Assembly (NCBI GenBank): GCA_964016885.1
Contig: OZ024755.1
Location: forward strand, 10,416,001 to 10,480,000
DNA: 64,000 nucleotides
Direction: 5' to 3'
DNA from: Eledone cirrhosa
Lineage: Eukaryota
The notes under the pieces were generated by a model that saw nothing but the letters and a program-made list of their open reading frames with translations, ran no database searches and was not told where the DNA came from. Positions 12,107-25,520 of the stretch are shown here, piece after piece. Position numbers and translations under genes: made by a program. The stretch's first letter is position 1. Every line of letters starts with the position of its first letter.

Positions 12107-12755
12107 TATAATTATGTATGTATGTATGTATATAGTTTGGTAAGCTGACGAAACTAATTTTTGACACTAAGCCTGCGTTTTCCACAACACTGTCCACACT
12201 CAACTATGCCAACATATGTTTCAGGTCATAACACAATACGGTCCTCTCCAACGCTTTGGATATTTTAACAATGCTGCTACGCGATAAAACTGTTCAGCGA
12301 TTTATTTATTGTTCGCAGGAAATTATCATACATTTAAATTTAATCATACAAATTTGTATAAAACTGTGATACTTTTTAGGTTTCAGTAATGCGCCTGTCA
12401 GCGCTATGCTGCATAGACGGCTTCCCTAGTTGGCTTTAATAGTAACGCCGGCACTGGCTGTACTCTAGCTCTTATTTTAACTCTATGCTGCTTCAACAGA
12501 CGAGACATAAAGTCTGTACAGTTGTTTAGACAATAAATTACTACAGGAAAAACAACAGTGAAATTGGTGTTAATATATGTAATGTTAGCCTCATTAAAAG
12601 ACTAGGGTAACAAAACAACAACTTATTAAAATATAATGAGACCGCGTCATACGCGCTTCATTGGTTCCCATTCAATCGCGTTATTAGAAAAACCGCGTAT
12701 GCTCAAGACCCTTATATAAAAATATCTCTACTCTGTACTCTCTACTCTCTGAGTT

Positions 12756-13009
12756 TAAATCCCACCGAGGTCAAATTTGCCTTTCATCCATTCGAGGTCG
12801 ATAACAAAAAGTAGCTGTCTAGTACTGGGGTCGATTCTCTCCCTATATCTCTTTCTCACTTCCATTCTCTCACTCTCTCTTTCCTTCTTTGGAAGAAATC
12901 TGCTGTATTCAGATCCGGATTGGATTGGGCTCCGCCAGGTATTAAAATACCCTAAAAGCGCTCTGTATGTCAATACGGCGCCCCCTACGACTCCCTCAGG
13001 AGTTATGGG
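12756..13009 (+). mobile_element. SINE family 3 (family-1-like core plus RTE-like tail)
   Basis: aaatcccaccgaggtcaaatttgcctttcatcc core, then ggaagaaatctgctg...ggcgccccctacgactccctcagg; homologues at 34860, 46425, 52000. Confidence 0.75.
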
Positions 13010-13960
13010 ACCATGCATGCAGTGAAGGTCCTCCTGCTATCTGCTCTCCCCCGTCACGAGTTTCCACATTCCATTACGATGAGGGTTTAAGTTAATAACT
13101 AAATATTATGAAATCCAAATAAGACTTAAACATGACCCAAGTTGTTTCTTGTACTTGCTAAAGTAATAAAACCAACATCCCATTCACAATATTTCATTCT
13201 TTAACCTTGTTACTGTTGCGTTTTTCTACGCCACATAATTACTTATGATTAGATTATTAAATGTTCCCTGAAATAAATATGTTAAAACTATGATAATTAA
13301 CTCTCATTACATACATATATACAAGCAACTGAACTATTTTCTTTTTGCTATTATAGTAGTTGTTGTTTGAAATATAATGGACCCGCACCTTAAAATATTG
13401 TGGAGGCACATTTTACACAGACAATTGGTTCTCAAAACCCCGTGTTATTAACAGTGAAAAGAAACCACGTATATTCAAGGCCCTTATATAAAAGTACCTA
13501 TGTACATCAATGTTCTGGGGGAAGGGGTGGCACAAGGTCAGGTTGAGAAATCCCGGGAAAAGATTACTAGGGGTGGTTGTTTTAAACCTGATAACGGTTT
13601 ATATCTACTACGTGAGTTTTTTTTTCCTTTCTACTATTACTAGCAGGCATGGTCTGACGAGGATTCGAGACCCATCGATGTCACTTTTTTCCCCGATAAG
13701 AATTATGGACATATAGCATCATATAGATTAACAATGGTGTTATTAATCATGATCCCCGACCTTCAGCAATGAGGGTGGGAAATAACCATGATCAAGACTA
13801 ACAGACAACTCTGAGATTAACAATTATCCAAAGTAAACACATACTTTGGACTGCAAATAAAGAGGACACCATACAGTTTTCTTTTTCATATACAGAAGGT
13901 CGTTTGCTGGTTCGTCGTCCGGACACTATCTTAAGTGGGACAGACAGCGAGATAGAGGTG

Positions 13961-14022
<62 letters not shown>

Positions 14023-14653
14023 TTGTGTGGGGGGGTAGAGGTGGGAGAAGAGCCGCCAATTATTTTCCTGGTATTGTATAAGTAATTATATTTGCAGTGT
14101 TAATTTAAGTAATAGTCGCATCCGGGAACATTGCAGAGACTCGAAAAATAATTTAGCTGCAAAATTCATAGATACAAACATATATACATGATGGCTACTC
14201 TCTTGTTATCGAGTGTGGCCATTTCACATTATTAATAGTTATTAATTAATGCTATGATGCAATGTCTGTGCGTGAAGATTTTTTTTAAAGTGAGAAAGAC
14301 TGTGCACTGAGCCAATCCTACTCTCTGAGTGACATACATACATGCATACATACATACTCGTACATACATACTCGTACATAATGGTTGCATCTCGGTATTC
14401 AAATGTGATACGAACACGACTTTTTACCCCTGTCAAAGATTTAGATTCCTATCTGTATATGCTGCAGCGAAAGAAAATAGAAAAGGCCATGCTCATGCAA
14501 CGTACGTGAAAGTCGTTTTGATCAAATGATGCCTGTGCCTGAAGATTTTTTAAGTGAAGAAAAGCCTAGCACTGGAAACCCCCCACCGCACCCCATATAT
14601 ATATATATGTGTGTGTGTGAAGGATTGGTCCATATATATATATATATATATAT

Positions 14654-14823
14654 AAAGTCGATTGAATTGACCCCAGTGCATTACTGGTGCTTTATTTTAT
14701 CGACCCCATAAGGATGAAAGACAGAGCTAACCTCGGCGGGATTTGAAATCAGAAGTAAAGGGCCGTAACTCTATGCTGCAATATATGGTGTCCAACGCTC
14801 TACCCATTCTGCCAATCCACCGC
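14654..14823 (-). mobile_element. SINE family 1
   Basis: Reverse complement of the 10225-10410 core and head. Confidence 0.8.
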
Positions 14824-14999
14824 ACTAAAAGTAAATAATGTCCACGGCAGGATCAGAATTGGTGCTTCATACCATTACCATTAACATCAATATTGGTTTA
14901 CTGAAATGGAGTCGAATGCTTTGTGACATTAAAACTGAAGCTGGGCATTTTCCAACGTGTTATATAATAGAATTATCTATATTTGAATGTAGCTATCGA

Positions 15000-15720
15000 G
15001 GAGGAGTTAAGCTTGAAAACCAACATTGTATTGGATCGTCTAAAAGACACGAATATGGCTGTTAATTTGGATAAGTATATCTTTAATGGTTACATGATTA
15101 CGTAATAGGAATATTCCATTTGAAAGGAAAGAATTTCTCGTGGTCGACTTTTGGTACAGAAAATATTCGATATTATTCCGCCCTTTTATCAAAGACTTGG
15201 AATTCTTGCTAAGAATGATAAATTTTTATCGTCGATATTTGCCAACATACTCTGAAATGATTGAATGATTTGTGAATTTGCGCCAGAGAAATGTTGAATT
15301 TAGTTCGATAAATGTTTGGCAAAGGGGTATTCGATAATAAAAAAAACAAACTGCTCTTGCTGAGAATCCTGTTATAAGTATGTTTCATGCCAACATATAC
15401 GTCAAGTTGACATCCGATGTTAGTGAGCAGTCTATATCAGGAATATTATCACAGGACAACCACCGAGTTCTATGTTTATCGAATAAGTTAACTATTGCTA
15501 AATCTAATTATTCCAACATTGAAGGAGAAGCACTAGCAATTATTTAGACCACAACCCTTGTCCGACATTTTACTTTTTTCTCTTTCTCTTTGGTAGAAAT
15601 CTTCTGCTTAGATCCATCATAGACTTCTTGAATTTATCTTTAATTCACGTAAGGAATTTCCTAATGTTACATCTTCAAGAATATTAAAGTGTAACTTGTA
15701 TACATTAAAGAAAGCTCTAT
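15000..15720 (+). pseudogene. Decayed Ty3/Gypsy pol (RT C-terminus plus RNase H); further relic sequence probably continues to ~16450
   Basis: Hand translation: ELSLKTNIVLDRLKDTNMAVNLDKYIF from ~15003; KLTSDVSEQSISGILSQDNHRVLCLSNKLTIAKSNYSNIEGEALAII*TTTLVRHF from 15404, matching Gypsy RNase H motifs (TDAS..GVLSQ, NYS.IEREALAI); stops and frameshifts present. Confidence 0.85.
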
Positions 15721-16543
15721 GCCATGTTTCGATACCCTCTTTGACTAAATGTTAGAGCCTGAATGATGATTATTTAAAACCCTGAATAGGAACTAATGTG
15801 TTACATCTTGATCGACTAGCTTGATAAATACATATTGAATGATTCGATATTAAGCAAAACATTTCCATAGTTTAAGAGAATATTTGGAATAACTTCTACT
15901 ACTGAAGACCTGAAGGGAGATTCAGCCTTGAAATTGCAAAGATAGTCCCATTTAATTGAAGTTTTCCTCCACTCTCTATATTCAGACAGCCAAACTCTAT
16001 TTGTGTATATACACTTCAAATAGAATGCCCCCAAGAATATATGCCTCTACCTTTTGTTGATACATATAATCAGCGCATGATTTCTTTCACCTTTCCTATA
16101 TTTATATCTGACCATTCTAGTCTAACCAGCTTGATACGTAAATCTGCTTCGCTGAGGAGATCCAATGAGATCAAACCATGTCCGTTTCTTTCACCAAGTC
16201 GGCTTAAAAACAAGATCTACTTCCAATGCATTGTCTTAAAATCTCTTAAAAGACACCGATCATCAGTTCAAAATGTATGATTCATTCCATTTATTTGCTT
16301 CTCGTGATCTAAATACCTCTAAACAGTGTCCTGGATACATTATATCTTAAACAAAGAACCGGATCAACATGATTCTGATTCCATTGCACATTGGCTTTTT
16401 TGGGGACAGGGATTCGGTCCCGGATGACCTCCAACTAAACAACAACAACGACAAATGCTCTAAATACACAACTAGGTTAGGTCGTAGGTCTGAACAAGGA
16501 AGCTTTGTGTTATAATTGGAAATTCTTTCAAAATATGTGTGCT

Positions 16544-16611
<68 letters not shown>

Positions 16612-16749
16612 CATATTGTTTTGTTGTTGTTTTGGGCGATGTATTTGTTTTTGCAATTAAGTGCCTTGATCTCAGATCTCATGATGAAACTGCAAATATT
16701 TTGTCTCGTGTTCCACTTATTTTGTCATCCACCATACTCATGATGTTGT

Positions 16750-16803
<54 letters not shown>

Positions 16804-16895
16804 GAAAGGGAGGAGGAGAAGGAGGAGGATAATAAAGATCATGATCATGACGATGATGATAAATGATGATGATTTTTTCATTAGTCACAAGGGCT

Positions 16896-16942
<47 letters not shown>

Positions 16943-17280
16943 GTTTCTATTTTTAATAATAATAATTGTTTCTATATAATGCATTATAAACAGGGAGTAT
17001 AACACATGTGAAGCTGGACAAACATATTTCTATATAAACGAGGAGGGTGGGAGGACTAGGATGTTATACAGCAGTTGGGTTAATTTGTAAAAACATAAAA
17101 TAAGTATAAAATCATTATGAAACACATAATAGGTTGCTCAACCAACAAACTTTTGAGGTTGCCCACCTACAAACGTTTGAGGCTGCTCAACCAACATTTT
17201 TGCTCACCCACCATGCATCATATATTTCCTGGGAGTCACTGAAATCGCTCGTAAGCATTTTTTGTCGGTGGGTTTATCGC

Positions 17281-17441
17281 ATAATTGTTTCTACTTTAGG
17301 CACAAGGCCAGCAATTATCCAGTGCATTACTGGTACTTTATTTTATCGACCCCGTAAGGATGAAAGGCAAAGTCAACCTCGACGGGATTTGAACTCAGAT
17401 CGTAAAGGGACGTAACTATGCTGGAAAGCATGGCGTCCGAC
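17281..17441 (-). mobile_element. SINE family 1
   Basis: Reverse complement of 10225-10410. Confidence 0.85.
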
Positions 17442-17559
17442 CAAAGTCCGTAAAAGTTCAACCCCTCCTCCACGCGGCACGGACTGGACAACACAATTGT
17501 GGCAAGGCAACCACAAACGTGGCTAATGGGGCTCTGACAATATGACACAACAGTGACAG

Positions 17560-17624
<65 letters not shown>

Positions 17625-17625
<1 letters not shown>

Positions 17626-17718
17626 AATAATGGAGCTGCGGCGTTGCAAATGGGATACATATGAAAAAGTGAGTCCTTCATCAGTGACCCTCCAACCGTC
17701 CCAGGCATTTCATCGCTA

Positions 17719-17722
<4 letters not shown>
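17625..17722 (-). mobile_element. (TA)n-embedded micro-element family E carrying CTGATGA
   Basis: Homologous to 18200-18290 and to a fragment at 4692-4730; minus strand reads gggtca CTGATGA aggac. Confidence 0.6.
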
Positions 17723-17776
<54 letters not shown>

Positions 17777-17777
<1 letters not shown>

Positions 17778-18021
17778 CCAGGGAGTGTAACGTGGAGTTA
17801 CTGTAGGTTCACCCGGGTGAGCACCCGATGTTTAGGTTCACTTCTGTGTCGAGGTGTAGAGCTAGACAGAGTGTATCATAATAAAATAAAACAAGGACGA
17901 GTGGTTACTCTTTCAGAGTCGGGCTAGATCGATAAAGATCGAACCATGAGCTGATCAGTGGCGAAACGTGCGTCACCAACCAATAATCGTAATGAAGGAG
18001 TAACCACTCGTCCTTGTTTTA
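17777..18021. mobile_element. Fold-back PLE-like element family D inside (TA)n
   Basis: ~30-bp inverted arms ataaaacaaggacgagtggttactc / gagtaaccactcgtccttgttttat; gtggcGAAAC gtgc GTC accaaccaataa; reversed tail at 17777-17880 containing acactct...atcgggtgct. Confidence 0.7.
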
Positions 18022-18040
18022 TATATATATATATATATAT

Positions 18041-18090
18041 GATTTCTCCCGAATGAAACAGTTCTAGTTTTGTAGAAGCCATTTGTATAT
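18041..18090 (+). mobile_element. PLE-like family B single arm
   Basis: cgaatgaaacagttctagttttgtagaagccat between (TA)n tracts. Confidence 0.7.
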
Positions 18091-18186
<96 letters not shown>

Positions 18187-18199
18187 GAGAAGAAAGAAG

Positions 18200-18290
18200 A
18201 ATACTGCGTGGTTGCACATGGGTTACATATGATAAAAATAGTCCTTCGTCAGTGATTTTCCAACCATCATTGGTATTTCATCGCATTAAA
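18200..18290 (-). mobile_element. Micro-element family E, second copy (CTGACGA)
   Basis: Homologous to 17625-17722. Confidence 0.6.
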
Positions 18291-18476
18291 AATCATATAT
18301 ATATATATTGCGCTCATACACATATTGTGTGTATGTGTGCGTGCGTGCGCTTATATTCGAATCCAGCAAGCCAGCCAGTCAACCGAATCATATATATATA
18401 TGTATATGCATAGGTATAAGGGAAGAGAAAGAAAGTAGAAAAAACAAGAAGAATTGATGCAAGAAAGAGAGAGAGA

Positions 18477-18534
<58 letters not shown>

Positions 18535-18872
18535 GTTGAAAGCAATAAAAAAGAAGGCTGCTTGCTATAACTTTCTGCATCTCCACGCAGCTACATCATT
18601 CTATTTTTATTCGGATACAAGATATTATTTCTGTACCTCCGTTTCATCATATATATAAATATATATAAAAAGGAGAGAGAAAGAATATCATAAAAAAAGA
18701 AGCAAAAAGAAAGAAAAAAGAAAAGAAAGAAAAAAGAAAAAAGTAAAAAGTAAAAAATAAAAAGAAAAAAAGAAAGAAATAACGTGTTTGTCTGCAATTG
18801 ACAAAAACCTCGTTGATACGCCATATAACGGAACACTCCTATATATATATCTCCGATTCAACCCGGAATAAC

Positions 18873-18970
<98 letters not shown>

Positions 18971-18990
18971 TATATGTACGATGTACGTAT

Positions 18991-19071
<81 letters not shown>

Positions 19072-19131
19072 TATATGTATATATGTACGATGTACGTATG
19101 TTTATATATATATATATATATATATATATCT

Positions 19132-19684
19132 CATGGTCGGGTCGTTGGCGACTAAACTGGCAACCCCACCAAGGTTTCTTGGTGAGGAGGGTGACTTTGG
19201 ACATCCTGCAGGACTAAAAACAAAACCTGTCGAAGGGCAAAGGAGCTCTTAAGAGTCAATGGCCATCCAAAATCACTGGGAGAGATGACCCCTTAGCCTT
19301 TGTCAAGGCAGAATTCTAAGAGAAGGAAAACTCTGATATAACACCTGCAACCCTGATGGTATCCAATGATGTTGACTTGTTCTTCTTTTTGGTAAATATC
19401 ATCTTGGTTAAGAGAGTGGGACTGGCTTTGTGCAGTGCCTTTGCTCACTATAAAAGCTTCACGGCACAGGCATTGCTTTATATCTGGAGATCTCTCTGCA
19501 CTTGTCGTCACATGGTACCATCGGCCCAGCACTATGTGTCAATAATTGTCACAAGTGTAGTCTTTGTACCAGAGTTTTCAAGTCGCTGGCTGAACTAAAA
19601 AGTCACACTCGTTCAGCGCATCGGTAGGGGTTCTCCTACATGGATATAAAGTAGTGGCCGTACTCGAAAACGAGTTGGCAGCCA

Positions 19685-19686
<2 letters not shown>
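19132..19686 (+). mobile_element. Non-autonomous bipartite RTE-derived retroelement
   Basis: Nearly identical to 53941-54494; RTE-5'UTR-like gagaaggaaaactctgat; 19556-19627 translates [23 protein letters not shown] (RTE-type C-terminal C2H2 finger); ends gtactcgaaaacgagttggcagccacc followed by (AT)n. Confidence 0.8.
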
Positions 19687-19744
<58 letters not shown>

Positions 19745-19894
19745 TGCAACTCCCCGAAAAAGACCGCTATGCAATCAAGACAATCCTGTATGAATTCTAA
19801 CGGACTAGCAAGCACGTTTGTTGTCCTATATAGGCGTATATATATAATTCATCTATAATTCATATATAATTCATCACCGTTATATATATATATG

Positions 19895-19925
<31 letters not shown>

Positions 19926-20000
19926 ATGGTATATGTGAATTCGAATGGACTAGCAAGTAAGTTAGTTGTCATATATATATATATATATATACATACATAC

Positions 20001-20185
20001 AACGAAGGAAGTGTGGTAAGGAACCAGGTGGACCATAACGCACCAGACTACTCGATACTTTGGGTAGTAGAGTGGGTAATAGGAAAAGTGTCAGAACCCC
20101 GACGGCAGAGCTGGTCAGTGGCGAAACGCGCGTCACCAACCAATAAACGTAATGAAGGAGTAACCAATCGTCTTTGTTATCTTAT

Positions 20186-20190
<5 letters not shown>
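20001..20190. mobile_element. Head-to-head chimera of PLE-like family A (minus) and family D (plus)
   Basis: 20001-20112 is reversed family A tail plus arm; 20108-20190 is the family D arm with GAAAC gcgc GTC and aataaa. Confidence 0.75.
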
Positions 20191-20242
<52 letters not shown>

Positions 20243-20367
20243 TATATACTTACACACGAACAACTGACCAAATTATATTTGGTATAAATAGGCTCAAGAC
20301 ATCTGACAAATCAATTAGTGTTGAAGGTGGTGTATATATAGAGAGAGAGATAGATATATAGATATAG

Positions 20368-20459
<92 letters not shown>

Positions 20460-20708
20460 TTTGAGTGAGTGCGAAAGACCAAAGGTCATTATTGAAGGTC
20501 TCTGGATTTCGCAAAATACATATCTTTTATTGGAGAAGGTAAGATATTTTTCCGCAAAAATTTGATTGCACTGTTTTGTTTCCACTTATATATTTTTCGA
20601 AAATGTTATTTATTCATTATAAAAATTAAATGATAGCATTCTATATTTAGGTGGGCTCCCTTCATCTCCTGACAATCAATATTTTTAGACCCAGTCCGCC
20701 ACTGTATG

Positions 20709-20746
<38 letters not shown>

Positions 20747-21611
20747 TGTGGTGTTGGTATTTGTGCTTAAAAGACCGGCGGTGTTTTTTGTTTCTGGGTA
20801 ACACAGGCGGTTGTGCTTGACGATGTAAATACGAAGAAAAAGTAACAGAAGAAATAAAGGTTTTAAGTGCTGCATGAAGTCACAGACAGGCACAGACACC
20901 AACACTCTCGACCCTAACTCCCTCACTTCATCTTTCTGGGTGTGACAGCTGTTAATGTGAGAAGGGTTACACCTACACTGGGTCGACGAAAGCATGAACG
21001 GATGAAAGACAAAATGCACTTCTGCTGGATTTGAACACCACGCTAGCCATTGAGTGCTTCTTGTAGATGTTCTTACAACTCCACAGTAAGAATATCTACA
21101 ATACAGACATTATTACGTAGGATTGCCTGGAAAGACCAGCCTTAGGAGGTGCAGAGTCTAAATAGGTGTTGTGTATATATATAGCAATATGTTTTGGGGG
21201 TGTATTTGACGAGACGAGAGCAGGTTACGGGGTACTCTTTTATTGCGGGACCCAGTAGGGAGCAAGTGGTACAATTCAGCTTAAGTCCGGTCCTGAGTTG
21301 ATTGATAAACCATTTCGTCACTCTCTACTCAAGATTTAGATCTTGTGCAAGACTAATACGATTCATTATACATACAGGTGATGGTTTTGAATGTGCATTT
21401 AAAATGTGCTTCTTCTTGGGATATTATGTAAAATGTCCTTATCATTAAAACCCCCGAGAAACCTCATATGATTTGCAGCCTTGTAGGAGGTCAGCTAAAC
21501 CTACATAGCAGCTGCTAGTGGTTATGGGACTTTCACTAACTGTAAAGTCCTGATAATCCATCCATGTAGTGTGGCTGGAATACCAAAATGTCTTCTGGTA
21601 TTCCAACCACA

Positions 21612-21808
21612 CTATAAGAGTTGGCTGAAAAGTTCGTAAAGTAATTATGAAGGAGTGATGTTAGAGCTTCGTAATCTTGCATGAATTAATTTCAACTCTT
21701 CTTATTAATAACTGCATTGTTTTTTTCCAAGAACTATGTTGAAAAATAAATCTCATTTGGTCATTCCATGAGAGTATCTTGGTCAGCCTATGAAGTTTTC
21801 AGACGTAT
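21612..21808. mobile_element. Mariner-type MITE
   Basis: gttggctgaaaagttcgta ... gtcagcctatgaagttttcagac TIRs; homologue at 43368-43570; the same TIR starts the element at 62298. Confidence 0.7.
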
Positions 21809-21959
21809 AGTGAAGTTCTTGCAATTCTTCACTGTTTTTTGTTTTCTTGAATAATTTTGATATTTAATAATTACCTTATACAGCCCCTTACTTCCTTCAT
21901 TCTCCCAGCTTACTCAGGTGTTATAATGTTGTTGGTAAGGTTGAAAGATAAACCTCCAA

Positions 21960-22178
21960 TAATGGTTTCTTATATAGGCACAAAGCCAGCAATTTTAGGG
22001 GAGGGGAAAGTCGATTAAATCGACCCCAGTGCGTGACTGGTACTTTATTTTATCGACCTCGTGAGGATGAAAGGCAAAGTTAACCTTGGCGGGATTTGAA
22101 CTCGGATCATAAAGGGCCGTAACTCTATGCTGCAAAGCATGGCGTCAGACTCTCTACCTATACTGCCAATCCACCGCC
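21960..22178 (-). mobile_element. SINE family 1
   Basis: Reverse complement of core and head. Confidence 0.85.
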
Positions 22179-22263
22179 CCCAAAGCTCCAATAATAATAG
22201 GTATTGCGCTGAACGTGCATCTTGGGTACTGGATCTACAAACCAACGGAGGTCCAACACAACA

Positions 22264-22383
<120 letters not shown>

Positions 22384-22719
22384 TTGTCTATGTTTATTTT
22401 CTAAGAGATTGAATCAAACGTGAAAGGTTGATGTTATAGTTATATTTTTAGGTAGTAATAGACTCGTATGTCTGTTAATCTATCTAAATGTTTACAGCAA
22501 GTGATTAAGTAAACAGCTGCAAATGATAAGTGTGGGTTGAAACGTAGTGTCTGCATGTACTATATTATACTGTACTGCACTGTACTGTTTTGTTTTGCAA
22601 TGTTTGGATTGTGTCGCAAAATAAGATGCTGAAAGAAAACTCTGTTGTTAACATTAAATAAATAAATAAATAAAACTATTAGTTTTGTATGACATTTCAA
22701 ATTGAATTTTTTAAACAAT

Positions 22720-22859
<140 letters not shown>

Positions 22860-23032
22860 AAAAATAAGTGGAAAACAACACAGCAAAACGATACAATACA
22901 ATTATGAAATATATTAGTTTATCGCTTTATATATATATATATAAAGCATCGATTCTTTGCTTAAACTTTAATCTGTTATTTTAATAAATATTAACGGGAT
23001 CTTATATATATATAAATATATAAATATATATG

Positions 23033-23106
<74 letters not shown>

Positions 23107-23560
23107 CAAATGTGCACATGACTATAAGCATCAATCTCCTCTTCAGTTACCCACAAGAAATACAATTTGTGTGTGTATATATATTGTTCAAATTAATTAA
23201 TCGAAGATAAAGTCTCCTAGGGTAGTCAGTATATATTAATCAATGGCGAAAGGTGTGGTGGGGATGAGGGCCGAGAGAAGAGGTATGAACAGCCCCATAA
23301 TATCATGGCAACAGACACAAGAATAATACAGGGTTGTAGATTAAAAAAGTATATATTTATTTGGAATTTGTTGAACAAGAAGCCCCATATCAGCCCCATT
23401 TCTTGTTATGTTATGTTTATAAACGGATGACAAGGTTTTCAACAGGTTCCTTGTATGGTGAACAAACCGGAGAAATGAATGGAGAATAAGATATATATTT
23501 CCCCACCCGCAATAGAAATATACACAGTAATGGTGGGTTAGCTTGTTGACACTGTAGTTA

Positions 23561-23683
23561 AATAATTGTTTCTATTTTAGGCACAAGGCCAGCACATTAC
23601 CCAGTACATTACTGGTACTTTATTTTATCGACCCCGTAAGGATGAAAGGCAAAGTTAACCTCGGCGGGATTTGAACTCAGAAT
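23561..23683 (-). mobile_element. SINE family 1, 5'-truncated
   Basis: ataattgtttcta...ttaacctcggcgggatttgaactcag. Confidence 0.8.
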
Positions 23684-23824
23684 GGCAAGAAATAATGGTG
23701 TGAAATATCGTTACCGAGTCTCAACAAAGTTTTAGATATTCAAAAAGAATAAACAAGACATAATGAAATACATGTTTATACGAAATTACCTGCAATTATA
23801 CAAAGCTGTTTGTTTTAAAATGTT

Positions 23825-23862
<38 letters not shown>

Positions 23863-23865
<3 letters not shown>

Positions 23866-24003
23866 CAAAGAAAGTGTGGTAAGAAACCAGGTGGACCATA
23901 ACGCACTAGAATACTCGATACTTAGGGTAGTAGAGTGGGTAATAGGAAAAGAGCCAGGACCCCGATGGCTGAAGCTCAGCCGTCGGGGTCCTGACTCTTT
24001 TCA
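23863..24003 (-). mobile_element. Fold-back PLE-like element family A inside (TA)n
   Basis: Reversed family A tail, then hairpin gaaaagagccaggaccccgatggctga / tcagccgtcggggtcctgactcttttc. Confidence 0.8.
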
Positions 24004-24525
24004 TATATATATATATATTGCTCATGTACGGAGATGCTAAAAGGCTAAACGATTGCTTATAAAATAGGGTGAAGACCCTTAAAATGGGAAACGAAGTTCT
24101 TCCAGGCCCCCATTCACACCATCACACGCAACCACTTACTTTTCTACGGACTTTGGCCCGCAAATATTCTGGGTAGAGCTACATCTCCCCCTCCATCCCT
24201 CACACATACTTTTCTACGGTCATTGACTCACATAGTTTCAAGGCAGGGCTGCCAGGACACTGACCGCATCAATCTCTCTACTACTGACTAAGATATGTAG
24301 AGATTATAAATGGCCATTGTTTCCCCTGCAATGACTAACGTACTAACACACACACATACATACATCTGCACACATACACACATATGCACACGCATAGACG
24401 CACACACACATACATACACACTCACACATAGACGCATACACACACACAAAGTCACATGCATGCACTTACACATGCAACTACACATCAATCAGACAGACAC
24501 ACACACTGACAAATATATAACGCTT

Positions 24526-24565
<40 letters not shown>

Positions 24566-24702
24566 TAGACATCCACACTCAAACTAACAGCCGACCACGC
24601 AATTTTAGTGAAACACCTGAAAAATACACCGAAAGAAATAGATATTGTATAGTAAGACAGAATTACACATACATTCTAGAATAGGTACCTACATACATAC
24701 AT

Positions 24703-25001
24703 GGTGGCTGCCAACTCGTTTTCGAGTACGGCCACTACTTTATATCCATGTAGGAGAACCCCTACCGATGCGCTGAACGAATGTGACTTCTTAGTCCAGC
24801 CAGCAACTTGAAAACTCTGGTGCAAACACTACACTTGTCACAATTATTGACACATAGTGCTGGGCCCATGGTACCATGTGACGACAAGGGCAGAGAGATC
24901 TCCAGATATAAAGCAATGCCTGTGCCGTGAAGCTTTTATAGTGAGCAAAGGCATTGCACAAAGCCAGTCCCACTCTCTTAACCAAGATGATATTTGCCAA
25001 A
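24703..25001 (-). mobile_element. Bipartite RTE-derived element, 5'-truncated copy
   Basis: Reverse complement of the 3' ~300 bp of 19132-19686; (ATGT)n tail. Confidence 0.85.
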
Positions 25002-25021
25002 TATCATACATACATACATAC

Positions 25022-25209
25022 ATAATTGTTTCTACTTTTGGCACAAGGCCAGCAATTATCTCAGTGTATTACTGGTACTTTATTTTATCGACTCCGTAAG
25101 GATGACAGGCAAAGTTAACCTCGGCGGGATTTGAACTCAGATCGTAAAGGCCCCTAACTCCATGCTGCAAAGCATGGCGCCAGACGCTCTACCGACACTG
25201 CCAATCCAC
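25022..25209 (-). mobile_element. SINE family 1
   Basis: Reverse complement of 10225-10410. Confidence 0.85.
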
Positions 25210-25219
25210 ATCACTTGAT

Positions 25220-25520
25220 ACTTAATCATGAGCATCACGGACGCGGCTTCCTAGTCCTGCTAGGGACTGGCCTTTAGCCAGGAATGACATGCATCGCAAA
25301 AACAAAATGTCTCATATCAAGCGATGCCTGTGCTTGAAGCTTTTTTAAGTCAGGAAAGGCTTTGCACGGGGACAATCCCACTATCTGAACATCGAATGCG
25401 TTTACCCAAAACGTAGAACTGGTCTACATCATTGGATGCAAACAAAGTCGCAGCTTTTATATCAGAGTGACCCTCTCCAAGGGAGATGTCTTTAATGAAG
25501 ACTAGGAGTCTTTCGCTCCA
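25220..25520 (-). mobile_element. Old diverged relative of the bipartite RTE-derived element
   Basis: atatcaagcgatgcctgtgcttgaagctt, acatcattggat and ttatatcagagt are collinear with the reverse complement of the 19132 element; a decayed finger reads CDAC...SLAGLGSRVRDAH*. Confidence 0.55.

Noticed and set aside
13653-13685. Hammerhead-like CTGACGA ggattc GAGAC...GTC
   Set aside because: GAAA is mutated, stems are minimal, and there is no family context
19356-19598. 80-aa ORFs recurring at 19356, 24791 and 54165
   Set aside because: They recur only because the element copies are nearly identical; the recognisable zinc-finger remnant is in another frame
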